A stretch of DNA of 64,000 nucleotides, taken from the NCBI GenBank assembly GCA_014905635.1, contig JABVCE010000005.1, positions 1,426,001 to 1,490,000 of the forward strand, in the 5' to 3' direction. Shown here piece by piece: positions 11,390-24,100 of the stretch; positions within the stretch are counted from its first letter, which is position 1; every line of letters starts with the position of its first letter. The translations under genes and the position numbers were made by a program. The DNA is from Scenedesmus sp. PABB004 (lineage: Eukaryota). The notes beneath the pieces were generated by a model. The model was not told where the DNA came from. It did no database searches and saw only the letters and a program-made list of their open reading frames with translations.

Positions 11390-14300
11390 ATGGCGGACGG
11401 CGGCGGCGCGCCGGCGCAGCAGGCGGTGCCTGATCCGCCCGCCGCGGCCACTCACTCAGACCAGCCCGTGTTCCACCTGTACGACCCGAGCGGCTGGGTG
11501 CGCCCGCCGCCGCGCAGCCGCCGCCGCGCTGCCCCGCTGCCCTGCTGCCGCGCGCCGCCACGGCCGCTCAAGCGCACGGCGTGCCGCGCGGGGCCGGCCA
11601 CAGGTCAACGACCCGAACGGACCCCTCCTGGTGCGGCGGGGCGACCAGAACACTTACCACATGTGCGGGCGCTCGCCCGCGCGCGCGCCCGGCGCAGCGC
11701 TGCCGCCGGCCAGCCTGCCGACCAACCGCTCCAACCGCCGCGCGAGCGCCAGGTTCTTCCAGAACGTCGCCGACACCACCACCTGGACGTGGGGGCTGCA
11801 GTGGGGCCACGCGGTGAGCACCGACCTGCTGCGCTGGCGCCACCTCCCTCCCGCGCTCGTGCCGTCGCCCGGCGGCGCCGACGCCGACGGCTGCTTCAGC
11901 GGCTGCGCCACGGTCGACGCGAGCGGCGTGCCTGCCATCCTCTACACGGGTGCGGCTGCGGCCCCGCGGGCGGCGGCGTGCGCAGCCGCGCTCGCGAGGC
12001 ACGCGCGCGCACCCACCTCGAGGCTCGCGCCCGCTGCGTGCGCACGCAGGCGTCGTCAAGCGCCCCGACGCGGGCGAGCGCGAGGGCATGTGAGCGGCGC
12101 GCCCACGCGCCGCAGCGCGTGGCGGCCGGGCGACGCCCCAGCCGCGCGCACACCCGCCCGCCGCAGGCCCCTGACCGTGAACAAGCTCTGCAACGAGCGC
12201 CAGCTGCTGGCGCGCCCCGCCGACCCGGGTGCGGCCGCGCCGCCGCCCGCGCCCTGCTGCGGCCGCGCCGCCGGCCACGCCCCGCCGTGCGCGCGCGCCG
12301 CCACGCCCCTCCCCGCGCGCGCGCCACCAGGCCCGCGCGCGCCCGCTGAGCGCGCCCCCCTGCCGCGGCCGCGCCGGCGCCGCCACGGGCGCAGGCGACC
12401 CCGACCTGGCGGTGTGGGACAAGGCCGAGGCGCCCTTCCTGCCCGACCCGCTGACCCCGCTGCCGCTGAACTGCTTCCGTGACCCCTTCATCCTGGAGCG
12501 CCCGGCCGCGGCCAACGGGCACACGTGGCGGGTCATGGTCGGCGCCAACCTCGACGTCGCGGAGCTGCAGCGCCAGCAGCTCGCTGCCGGCCTGCGCGGC
12601 GCCGGCGACGGCGGCGCGCCGGGCTCGCCGCCGCCGCGCGCGGCGCCGGCGGAGGCGGGCGGGGGCGGTGAGACGCTCGGCACGGCCCTCGTGTACCGCA
12701 GCCGCACCGCGGAGCTCGAGGGAGGTGCGGCGCGGCGGCGGTGCTTGAGCGCGGGCCGCGCGGCGGCCGGCTGGCGCGCGGGGCTGACGCGCTGACGCAC
12801 TGACGTCGCGCTCCCGTCCCGCGCCGCAGGCTGGGCGTTTGACGGCCTGCTGTGCGTCGCGCGGCCGGGCGAGGGCGCGATCTGGGTGCGGCGCGCGCGC
12901 GGCGGCCGGCCGACGTCGCGCCAGGCGGGGCTGACCCGCGCCCCCACGCCCTTGATTGACTCGGCCCGCAGGAGTGCCCAATCATCGCCCCGCTCGCACC
13001 GCTCAGCGGCGGCAGCGCGCAGCACGCCCCCGGGCGGCGCCGTCGCCCGCGCCGCCCGCGCCGCCGCCCTCGTCGCCAGCGGGGGCGGGCGCCGCGCCGG
13101 CGGCGCGTCGCGGCGCGGCGGCGGCGGCGGCGGCCGCGGCGGAGGACCTGGAGCGCGCCATGTCGGGCTGCCTGGGCCTGTGGCCCCAGGAGCCGCTGGG
13201 TGGCGTGGAGCAGGCCGGCGGCGGCGCGGCGGCACCGGCGGCGGTGACAGCGCGGCGCGTGGACGCCGCCTCACAGCTGCCGGCGCCGGCGTCGTCGCCT
13301 GCGCGGGCGCCGGCGCCGCCAAGCCACGTCTTCAGCGTGAGCTGCGGCGTGTGCCCCGCCATCTGCTGGCTCGGGCGATACTCCGACGGCCGCTTCGTGC
13401 CGGCCGACGGCCCCGACGGCGGGCCGCTCCCGCTGGACCTCGGCGACTGCTATTACGCGCCCAACCTGCTCGAGGACGCGCAGGTGGGCGCGCCGCGCCG
13501 CGTCGGGCAGTGCGCGCACGCGCGCACTCGCGGCGCCGCGCCAGCGACGCGCGCGCTTGAGCAGCACCCCGCGCACGGCGGCGGCTGCGGCGGCGCAGGG
13601 GCGCCAGGTCATCTGGGCGTGGCTGCAGGAGCACCCGAGCCCCTTCTCTCACGACTACGCCGGCTGCATCAGCCTGCCGCGCCAGCTCGCGCTCGGCGTG
13701 CGGCGGCGCCCGCGCAATGCAGCCAGCGGCGGCGCGCGGCGCAGCGCCGAGAGCGCGCGCAGCGGCGGCGGCGACGGCGGCGGCGGCGACGGCGGCGACA
13801 TCTGGGCGGGCAGCGACAGCGACGGCGGCGGCAGCAGCAGCGACGGCGGCGGCGGCCCGCTGGAATATTACCTCCACCAAAGCCCCCTTCCCGAGCTGGA
13901 GCAGCTGCGCTCGGGGCGCGGGCTGCGGCTGCGCGGCATCCGACTGCCGCCAGGCAAGCCCTGGTGCGTGCCGGGCGGCGGCTGGGCGGGCTCCCGCGCG
14001 CCTGCAGCGGCCGACCGCCGCGGTTCGTGGCGCCGGCGTGGCTCCCGCCGACGCACGCCGCCGTCGCCGCACGCGCGCGGTGTCGCAGGAGCGTGCCGAG
14101 CCAGGTGTCGGCCAGCCACCTCGACCTGCTGCTCTCCGTGCGCCCCACGCCCGGCGCCGCGCGGTTCCAGCTGCTGCTGGGGCCGCTGCGCCAGGCAGAG
14201 GGGGAGCAGGGCGCCGGCGGCGCCGTCGCGGGCGCCGGCGGCATCGGCCTCGTGCCCGTGGGCGCCCCGGCGGCGCCGCCGGCGCCGGGGGCGCCCGCGT

Positions 14301-16645
14301 CGCTCGGCGGCGCGCCCGCCGCCAGCCTGCCGGACAGCCCCATTGCCGGCGGCGAGGCGCGCGCGGTGCTGCCGCTGCTGCCACTGCTGCCGCGCGCGGT
14401 GGCCGGCCCCGGCAGCGGCGGCAGCTCTGGCGGCGGCGGCGGCGAGGAGCCTGACGGCGGCCGGGGGCAGCTGTTGGGTCCGGACGGCGGCCCTGCCGCG
14501 GCCGTGCACGTGGCAGCGGCGGTGGAGGCGGTCGCGGCGGAGCACCACCAGGCGGCCAGCATCACCTACGACTTTGACACGTCACAGCTGCAGGTCCTGG
14601 TCGGCCCGCCGGCCGCGGTGCTGCGCCTGCTCAAGCAGCAGGCGGACGAGCTCGCGGCGTCGGGCTCCGGCGGCGACGCAGCCGGCGCTGCCGCCGCGCA
14701 CCACGTGCGGCACAGCAGCCGCACCGGAATGCCCACCGCCGACGTGCTCGGCTATGAGCCGCCCGCGCTGCCGGCCGCACCGCCGGGGGCGCTCGCGGGC
14801 AGCGTGCACGTGGCCGCGGCCGAGGCCGCCGGCGTGCGCGCGCTGAGCGCGCAGCTGCGGGCGCCGGCGCCGGGCGAGCCACTGGCGCTGCGCGTCCTGC
14901 TGGACTACAGCTGCCTGGAGCTTTTTGCCGCCACAGGCGAGGCGCTGACAACGCGAGTTTACCGGGGCGCGCCGACCGCGCGCGCGGCCGAGGTCGCGCG
15001 CCGGGCCGCCGCGGCGCACGCCGCGAGCGAGGCCGAGGCCGCGGGCCTCAGCGACGGCGGCGGCAGCCTCGCCGACCACCTGGGGCTGCTGGTGCAGCAG
15101 CAGCTCCTCGCGCGCACGGGCAGCGGGCGGCTGCTGAGCGGCCTCGCGCGCGGCCTGTCGAGCAGCCTCGGCAGCCTGGGCAGCCCAGCCTCGCAGTCGA
15201 CGCCGGCGGAGAGCCCGCGCGGCGGGGGCGGCGGCCGCGCCCCGCACGCACCCGGCGACGCCCGACAGCGCGGCGGCGGGGGCCCGCTGCTGGGCGGCGG
15301 CGCCGCCGTGGCGCTCAGCCCCGCCACCGCGCTGGAGGGCGGGGGCTACGCGCAGTACTTCAGCCCCGCGCGCGGCAGCCTCAGCGTGCGCGCCGGCCCC
15401 GCGCCCGGCGCGCCGCACGCGGCGTCGGCGCTGCCGCAGCTGTCAGGCATGCCCCTCGCCGCGGCGGCGCCCTGCCCGGGCGACGCCGTCAGCGGCGCGG
15501 CGGCGGCGCTCCTCGGCCTCGCCGGCGGCAGCGACGCGATGGCCGCGCGCTCCGCCGAGGCCGAGGCCGCCGGCGGCACGTCGCTCCGGCGCGGGCGGCG
15601 CCAGGTGTTCGAGGAGGCGCCCGACGACGACGCTGGTGCCCTGCCCGGCGCCGCCGCCGGCAGCCCCGACCGCCCGCCGCCGGCGGCCGATTCTTTTCCG
15701 GGCTTCAGCCCGCACAGGCCGCCGCGGAGCTCCCTCGACCTGGCGCCCAGCCGCGGCGCCGGCGCGCCGACTGTGGCGGCGCGCGCCGCCACGGAGCGCG
15801 CCGACAGCGCCGGCAGCGGCCACGGCAGCGACGGCGGCAGCAGCGCGGGCGCAAAGCTGGCGTCCTGGTTCCAGCGCGCGCGGAGCAGGGCCAAGGCCGC
15901 CCTGGCTGTCGTGCCGCCCACTTTCGGCGTGCCCGTGCCGCCGCAGGTCGGGCCGCAGCCGTCGCCGCCGCCACTGCCGCCGCCGCCGCCAAGCGGCGGC
16001 AGCGCGGCGGAGGGCGGCGGCGCCGACGACGACGCGGCGGCGCCGCGCGACAAGCCCCGCCGCCGCGGCGCCTCGCTGGACGTGCCCAAGCGCGGCCTGC
16101 AGCTCAAGGTCCCGCACCGCCCCGGCGCGCTGCCGCCCGCGCCGGCGCCCCAGCGCGGGCTGCAGCCGCCCCCCGCGGCCGCAAGCGGCCCCGGCAGCCC
16201 CACCTCGCCACCGGCGGGCGCCGGCGCGGACGACGGCGGCGTGCACTCGCCGCGCTCGCCGCCGTCGGGCCCGGGCAGCCGCGGCAGCGGGGGCAGCCCC
16301 TTCACCGCGGTCGGCCGCTCCCCGCGCCGCAACTGGCGCGCGGCCTTTTCCACCTTTTCCGCCACCTTTTCCGGCGACGCGGAGGGCGACGACGAGGGCG
16401 GCGGGCAGGGCCGCGCGGCCGGCGGCGGCGGCGTGTGGGGCGCCGCGGCGCCCGACCCCACCCAGCACCTCGGCCTGTACGCGGGAGCCCTCGCGCCGCG
16501 CGGCGGCGGCCCTCGCGGCAGCGGGCACGCCGGCGAGGGCGGCTCGATGCGCGAGCTGACCCTCGTCGCGCTGGGCGGCGGCGGCGTGGTGCTGCGCCTC
16601 GAGGCGCACGAGATGGGCAGCATGTGGGACGCGCCCGCCGCGTGA
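11390..16645 (+). CDS. Glycoside hydrolase family 32 (beta-fructofuranosidase/invertase-like) with large low-complexity insertions
   Basis: All three catalytic motifs appear after splicing: W|VNDPNG, CFRDP, W|ECP. Also [20 protein letters not shown] and the C-terminal beta-sandwich [20 protein letters not shown]. The frame break at ~13030-13240 is a frameshift or an unrecognised intron. Confidence 0.9.
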
Positions 16646-16732
16646 CGGGGGTGGGGCCGCGCGCGCGGGCGCGGCGGGGCCGCTGCGCAGCGGGCCCGGC
16701 GGCTGGCCGTTTGTGCGTTGCAACCAATTGCG

Positions 16733-18010
16733 CTACCGACCAGCCGCGCCGCCCACCGCGACCGCCGCAGCCGCGGCTGGCGACCCGGCCTGCTGCGGGC
16801 TCCCTCGTCGCGGCTGCGGCCCCGGCTCCCCAGCACCACCATCAGCCAACAGCTGCTGCTGCTGCTGCTGCTGGTCCGGCAGCTGCTGCTCCGGCGGCAG
16901 CTGCTGCTGCTCCAGCAGCTGCTGCTCCGGCGGCTGCTGCTCCGGCGGCTGCTGCTCCGGCTGCTGGCCACCGCAGCCCGCGTCCTGCTGCCGCTGCCCG
17001 CAGCTCGCGCTCTGCCGCGCGTCCGCGTCGCAGCTGCAGCCGCCGTCCGCGCCGCCGCCGGCGCCGAGGCTGGGGCCCGGCGGTGCCGCCGCCGCCGCCG
17101 CGCTGCCCTCCAGCCACTCCCAGACGTCGCTCATGCGCTCCAGGCGGGCGCGCTTGTGCTTGCCGCCGTCGCTGACCGCAAACCCCGGCCGGCCGAGCTG
17201 CTGCTCCACCGCCAGCTGCTCCACCTGCGGCGGCGGCGTGCAGCGCGGCGCGCGCGTCGGCCGCGCGGCCGCGCCGGGCCCGCCGCCGCCGCACAGCGCA
17301 GCGCGCGCGGACCTGCGCGGCCTGCAGCTCGTGCTGCTGCAGCAGCGCCGCCGCCAGCGCATGGGGCTGCACGCCCAGGATGGTTCGCACGTCGGCCTCA
17401 AACTGCCGCGCCAGCGCCGCGCGCTGCTCGTCCGCGCCGGCGATCTGCTGTTTGATGCTCTGCGGCCGGGCGGGGCGTCGGGGCGGGCGCACGATACGCG
17501 CACCCGCGGCGCGACGCGGCCGCGCTCGCGCGCGGCGAGGCGCCCCGCCGCACCAGCAGCTGCGCCCGCAGGTCGTCGAGCTCGGCCTGCTCGCAGCCTT
17601 GCAGCTCCTGCAGCTGCGCCGAAATGTGCTCCTGCTGCTCCTCCGCCGCCCGCTGCTGCGCGGCCAGCTGCGGCGCGCGGCGCGGCGCGGCGGGCGGGCG
17701 GGCGGCGTCGGCGGCCGAGGGTCTCGGCCGGCGCGGCGCGGTGTGCGCGACACGCAGCGGGGGGCAGCCCCGGCGCGCACCGCCAGCTGCGCCGCCGCGA
17801 GCTCCGCCCGCTTCAGCGCCAGGGCCTGCGACCTGGCGGCGACCGGCAGGGGCGGCGTGAGCAAGCGAGCGGCGCTTGCGTCGGGCGCCGCGCGCCCGCT
17901 GCTCACTGTGCGTCGAGCGGCGCGCGCGGCGTGGAGGACTCGGTTGCCTCCGTTCCCGCGTCCGACACGGCATCGGAGGAGCGCTTGCGCTTGCCCCCGG
18001 GGCCGTGCAT
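16733..18010 (-). CDS. Hypothetical Q-rich/coiled-coil protein, about 5 exons, with a possible NLS (KRKR)
   Basis: ATG at 18010 (MHGPGGKRKRSSD). Exons with GT..CAG borders encode QQRAAEEQQEHISAQLQELQ, SIKQQIAGADEQRAALARQFEADV and QQPPE repeats. Confidence 0.6.
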
Positions 18011-18350
18011 GGCGGCGCGGCGGCGTGCCCGCCCGCCCGCTGCAGCAGCGCAGCGGCAGCGGCAGTGCGCGGCGTCGTGCGCGTGGCTGGCGGGGGCGCC
18101 AGATCGCCGTCGTAAGCGAGGCGGAATGCTGAGCCGGGGAACGGCGGTGGCGCAGTGCCGCCGCCGCGCGACGACGGCAACACGCCGCGGCCGACCGCCT
18201 TCGCCTTCCGCGCCAGCGACGGCCCGCCCTGTCGGCCCCCGTCCCTCCTGCCCCTGCCCCCACTTCTCCGCCACCGTCCGGCCGCCCCGCCACTGCGATC
18301 GCGCGCGGCGCGGCGCTGCAGCGCCGCCCGCAACCGCCGCGCTGCCGGCG

Positions 18351-19967
18351 ATGGCAGCAGCACCGCCGAGCTGCAGCGTGCGGCTGCTGTGGCCCGAGGG
18401 CCTGCTGCAGGCGCTGGCGGCCGCCGCGCAGCCGGCGCTGCTGGTGGGGCTGCTGGCGCGCTGCGACGACGCGTCGGGACGGCAGCAGCTCGTCGCGGGC
18501 GTGCTCGGCGCGGCGCACGCCGGCGCCGACCCGCGCGCGCTCGCCGCGGCGCTGGCCGCCTGCGCCGCGCTGCGCGTGGGCGACGGCCCGCTGGAGGCGC
18601 GCCTGGCGGTGCTGGGCGCCTGGAGCGCGGCGGCCGGCGAGGCGGCGGCGGCGCCGGCCGGCGGCCAGCCCGACCGCGGCGGCGGCGCGGTCTGGCTGGC
18701 GCTGGCGGGGCAGCAGCGCCTCGGCGGCGCGCTGCCGGGCGGCGGCTGGCGGCGGCGCCGCGCCTGGCTCGTGCCCTGCGTCGACCTGGCGCGCTGCCGC
18801 CTGCCGGCCGGCGCGGCGTCGCTGCAGGTCCGCGGCGCCGCCGCAGCGTGGCTGGCGCCCCCGCGCGCCACGTGCAGCTGCGCGGCGCGCGCGCGCCCCT
18901 GACCGCCCGCCGCCCGCCACAGGTCTTCCTGTATCAACTGCCGGTCGCGCCGCACGCCTGCTGCGCGCTGGCGCCAGCGCCACCCGTGCCGGCGCACCCG
19001 CCGTGGGTGGTGCGCGAGCCAGGTGCGCGCGGCGGCGGCGGCGGCGGCGGCGGCGCCGCGGCCAGCAGCGCGGCGCGCCGCCAGTGCTCCAAGCCCGGCC
19101 CGCCCACCCGTCCACGCGCCGCAGGCACGGCGTCGCTGGCTGCGCTGCTGGCGGCGCTCCGGCAGGCGCAGGGCCTGCTGGCGCCCCCGCAGCAGCAGCA
19201 GCAGCAGCACGAGCAGCAGCCGGCGCCCTGGCAGGGCGTGCGCAGCCCGCTGGCGTGGCCAGCCTGCAGCGCCCGCAGCGGCGGCGGCTGGCACGGCGGC
19301 AGCGATCGCGGCGGCGTGCTGCGCTGCCGGCGGCCCTGGCAGCGCTCGGCGGGCAGCAGCAACGCCCCCGCGCGCCTGCCGGGCGTGCTGCAGCACCTGC
19401 TGGGGCTGGCGGCCGCCGCGCTGCTGCTGCGCCACCGCGCCGCGCTGCTGGCGGCGGCGGCGGACGCGGGCTGGCGGCTGCAGCACGGCGTGGTGCAGCC
19501 GCACATCGACTGGCTGGCCGCGGGCAAGCCCGGCGGCGTGAAGCTCCACCTCGAGCTCAGCCTGCTGCTGGGCGAGGCCGCGAGCGCGGCGCTGCGCCTC
19601 GCGGCGGCGTGCTACGCGGCCGCGTGGCCCGCGCTGGGCGCCGCGGCGCTGTGCGGCGTGGCGGGCGTGGCGGGCGTGGCCGGCGTCGTCGCCGGCTGCG
19701 CGGCCGCCGCCGACGCGCTGCTGCTCCTGGCCGCGCCGCTCGCGGCGGCGCACGCGGCCGCCGCGGCGGCGCACAAGCTGCAGCTGCGGTGCCTGCGCGC
19801 GACGTGGCGCCTCATTCGCGGCAAGCAGAAGGTGAGGGGCAAGGGGCATCCGGGGGGCAGGCAGCGGCCAACGCGCGCGGCGCGGCCGAGGCTGGCGGGC
19901 ACGGGCGCTGACGCCGCCGCACTCGCCCCCGCAGGTGCGGCGCTTCAGCGAGCGCTGGCGGCAGCGC

Positions 19968-20029
<62 letters not shown>

Positions 20030-20630
20030 GGGCGGCCCCGCGCGCGGCGAGCCGCCGCCGGCGCCAGCGGCCCCGCCGGCGCCGGGCGCGGAGGACGAGG
20101 TGTCGGTGGAGCAGCTCATCGTCGGCGTGCTGCTCTTCACGCCCCTCGCCGGCCTGCTGCCCACGAGCGCCGTGTGGTATGCGCACGCATGCGCCGCGCA
20201 CGTCGCAGTGCTGGGCGCGCGGCTCGCGCTCGTCGCGCTCGGCCGCCTGCTGCGCCTGCGCGCGGCGCACCTGCTCGCGAGCCGCTGCGCGGCGCCGCGG
20301 CGCTTCCCGGGCGCGCTGCTGGTGCTGCCGCTCGCGCGCGAGGGGGGCCCAGACAGCGACGGCGGCGCGGGCGGTGGCGGCGCGCGGGCGCAGCAGCAGC
20401 AGCAGCAGCAGGCGCTGGCGGTGCACTTCTACCGCGCCTGCGTCGAGCCCATGCCCGCCGGCGAGGTGCTGCGCCTGTGCTGGGGCCCGCCGGGCGCGGG
20501 GCCGCGCGGCGGCTGGGGCGCCGCGCTGCGCCGCGGCGCGGCGGCGGTCGTCGCGGGCGAGCGCTGGGGGCTGGGGCTCTTCCTGCCAGCTGCTGTCGCT
20601 GCGCCGCCGCCGAGGCACGTCCAGTGGTAA
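18351..20630 (+). CDS. PIGQ: GPI-GlcNAc transferase subunit Q (PIG-Q/GPI1)
   Basis: Gpi1 domain signatures HIDWLAAGKPGGVKLHLELSLLLG, LRATWRLIRGK and VEQLIVGVLLFTPLAGLLPT. Confidence 0.82.
19965..20028 (+). repeat. (CAG)n microsatellite encoding polyQ in PIG-Q
   Basis: CAG run in an exon. Confidence 0.9.
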
Positions 20631-21166
20631 ACGAGGGAGGCCTCGGGCTGGAGGGTTGCCTTCGCCCGCCCACCACAGCCAGCCTGACCCCCCCCCCCAC
20701 CACCACACCACACACACGCACGTCTCGCTGCCACACCGCCAGTGCGGGCCCGTCGCCGCACCCCACCCCCGTACGCCTAGGCAGACGGGCGGTCGAGCGC
20801 TTGCACCGCCTATAGATACCAAGTCCCGCAAGGACCACCTTTATTGCCGCCCGAGGCACATTGTAGCAGCCAGAAGATGCGACGGTGTCGCACACAAACA
20901 CACAACAACACACAGTGCTCCTCCCTCCAGCGCGCACGCGGATGCAAGGTGACAAGGCGATTGGGTTGGTTGGCTCTCACAGCACGCCGGCCGGTCGTCT
21001 CACAGCCCCAGCACACAACGATCAGCGCGCACCGCGCTCCAACACACAGCTCTGCAAGTGATGCGAGGCTCCGAGAGCCCCGCGGGGTTGGGTTGCGCCG
21101 CAGCCGATACACTGTCCACGACTCAACACCCCCCCCCCCGCCCCAACCCTCCCTCCCTGCCCCCTC

Positions 21167-24100
21167 TCACGCGGCGTGGTGCTCGCCGTGCTGCTCCGTG
21201 ACGGGCTCCAGCCCCGCCTCGGCGCCAGGCTCGCCCGCAGGCGCAGGCTCAGCCGCGGCGCGCGCCGCGGCGCGCGCCTTACCGCGCCGCTGCACGGCGC
21301 GCCCGGGGGCGTCGACGGCACCAAGGCGGCGCCGCCCGCCGCACGCGCGCGCGAGGCGCGCCGAGAGCGGCGCGTCGACGGCGAGGCAGGCCGGCGTGGC
21401 GGCCTCGAGGGCGGCCAGCAGGGGGCGCACCAGCGGCATGAGCAGCGGGTCGACCAGCGCCTTCTCAACCTCAACAATGATGAAGACGGCCGCCATGCAC
21501 ACGGCGATGCGGCCGGCCTGCACGCCGCTGACGGCCGACATGCCGAAAAAGGCGTTCAGCCCGGGCGTGAAGGTCAGCAGCACCTGCGGCGGGGCCACCA
21601 CGTGCGGCGGCGGCGGCGGCGGCGGCGGCGCGCCCGTGACGTGTCGGCGGCGGCGGCAGGCGGCGTGGCGCTGCGCGAGGTGGCGGTGCAGCGGCGTGGC
21701 GCGGCGCGGCACGGCGTGCACCATGAGCGCGAGCGTGGCGGGCACTGAGACGTAGACCATGCGGTTGCCGCGCAGCACGCGGGGGTGGAGGCAGGAGGCC
21801 TTCAGGAAGCGGCAGTTGACAAAGTAGGCGACCTGGGCAGCAGCGCACAGAACCGCACAGCAGGGTGGAGGCAGGGTGGAGTGAGGACACACAGGGTTTG
21901 CTTGACGGGGGTGGTTGAGTCGGGGCAGGGGGCGCGCGGCGCGGCGCGGCGGAGCGCGGCAGCCGGCTCGCCTGCGCGCCGACGAGGACGTTGAACGCCT
22001 CGGCGCGCGCCTGGGGCAGTGGCAGGCTGCGGCCGGCCCAGTAGAACATGCCGATCACGAGCACCACCTGCGCGAGCGGGCCCCAGGGCAGGTGAGCGCA
22101 GCGGCGGGCGGGCCAGCAGGGGGCGGGCGGGCCCGCGCGCGGCGGCGGCGGCGGCGGGCGGGCCCGCGCGCGCGCGCGCGCCCCGCGCTGTGCCCCGCGC
22201 ACCACGAGGTGGCAGACGAGCAGGCAACGCCAGAGAAGCATCTTGCCGACGAGGCGCTTGCCCTGGCGGCGCGGCGGGCGGGTCATGATGTCAGCCTCGG
22301 CCGGCTCTGGGGGGCGGGCGGCGGGGCGGGGCGCGGGGCGGCGGGGCGACAGGTCGGCCGGCGAGCACAGCGGCCGCCGGCGGGCCCCACCACGCGCGCG
22401 CCGCGTGCGCGCCGCGCCGCGCCGCACCCGCCGCGAGCGCGAGGCCGAGCGTGACGCTGGTGACGAGGTTGACCAGCAGGACCTGCAGCGCGGTCAGCGG
22501 CGCGGCGGGGAGGCCGAGCGCAAACGACCAGAGGATGCTCGTGCCCTGGGCGAGGTTGACGGGGAGGTTGAAAATGAGGATCTGTGTGGTTTGGTTTGGT
22601 TGGGGAGACGCGGGGCGCGGGCGGCAGCGAGGGACGCGCGGGCGGGCGGGCGGGCGGGCGGGCGGGCGTGGGAGGGCGCAGCGACGGGGGCTGCGCGGGC
22701 GCGGCGAGCGCGCGCGTGCATGCGCGGCGCGCCGCGCGCCTTGCGGATGTTGTCCCAGACGCGCCGGCCCTCGCGCACGGCTGCGACGATGCTCGCAAAG
22801 TTGTCGTCCGCCAGCACCATCTTGGCGGCCTCCTTGGACACGTCGGTCCCAGTGATGCCCATCGCGACGCCCACGTCGGCGGCCTGCGCGAGGGGGCGAG
22901 GCGGCAGCAGGCGGCGAGCGGGGGCAGGGTGAGCGCGCAGCCCGCGCGTCGGCGCGCGGGCTGCGGCGCGCGGGGTGCTGCCGCGCGCCTTGAGCGCGGG
23001 CGCGTCGTTCACGCCGTCGCCGGTCATCGCGACCGTGTGGCGCAGCTCCTGCAGCGCGCGCACGATGCGCAGCTTGTTCTCAGGCGACGCGCGCGCAAAG
23101 ATGGAGCACTCGCCCACGAGCGCGCGCAGAGCGGCGTCGCTCGTGCGGTCGACCTCCGGGCCGGTGAACACCACGCCGCGGCCCCCGGCCGGCGCGATGC
23201 CGAGCATGCGCCCGATGGCCAGCGCGGTCAGCGCGTGGTCGCCTGGCGCGCACGCGGCGCGCGGCGCGGGGTCGGCGGGCGGCGGGCGGCGGGGCGGCCG
23301 CCCCGCGGCGGCGGCGGGCGGCGGCGGCGCTGCGCGGCGGGCGGCCGCGACGGCATCGGCGGCGCGCACCGGTGATCATTTTGACGGAGATGCCCGCCGC
23401 GTGCGCGACGCGGATGGCCTCGATCGCCTCCGGGCGGGGCGGGTCCAGGATCGCAGCGAGCAGCACCATGGACAGCAGCGGCCGCGACGACAGCAGCGAC
23501 GCGGCGGTGAGGCCGGACAGGTCGAAGTCGGCGGGCAGCTCCGCCCTGCGCGGCGCGGTGCACGGCGCGGCGGTGGTGTGGGTGGCATGCTGGCGGCGGC
23601 GGCGGCGGCGACGTGGGCGGCGCGCGTCGCCGGCCGGCCGGCGCACCGGCAGAGGGCGAGCACGCGCAGGCCGCGCGAGGAGAGCTCCGCCTGCGCGGCC
23701 GTCCAGAAGCCCGCGTCCAGCGGCACGGGCGCGGCGCGCAGGTCGTCGCCCGCGACCTGCGAGCTGCACAGTGGCAGCAGGCGCTCCGGCGCGCCCTGCG
23801 CGGCGGCGCGGCGCGGCGCGATGCGGGCGGGGGCGGGCTCGGCGGCCGCGCGGGAGCTCGCCAGCCGTCGGCCGCCGCGCCGCGCGGCGCGGGGCTGCGC
23901 CGCAAACGATACGCCCGTGCTCCCCCTAGCGCGCCGTGCTGCGCCGCGTCCGACCGCCGCGGCGCACCTTGACGTACAGAACGCGCCGCCCGCCCTCCTC
24001 CTCGTGCACCGTGGCCATGAACTTGTGCTCGCTCTCAAACGGCACCGACGCGACGCGGCGCGCGCCGCGCCTGACGTCATCGGCGCGCAGGCCCGCCTTC

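Noticed and set aside
20631..21166. Lower-GC segment as a possible ncRNA or foreign DNA
   Set aside because: Consistent with convergent 3' UTRs of PIG-Q and the ATPase; no recognisable RNA gene structure
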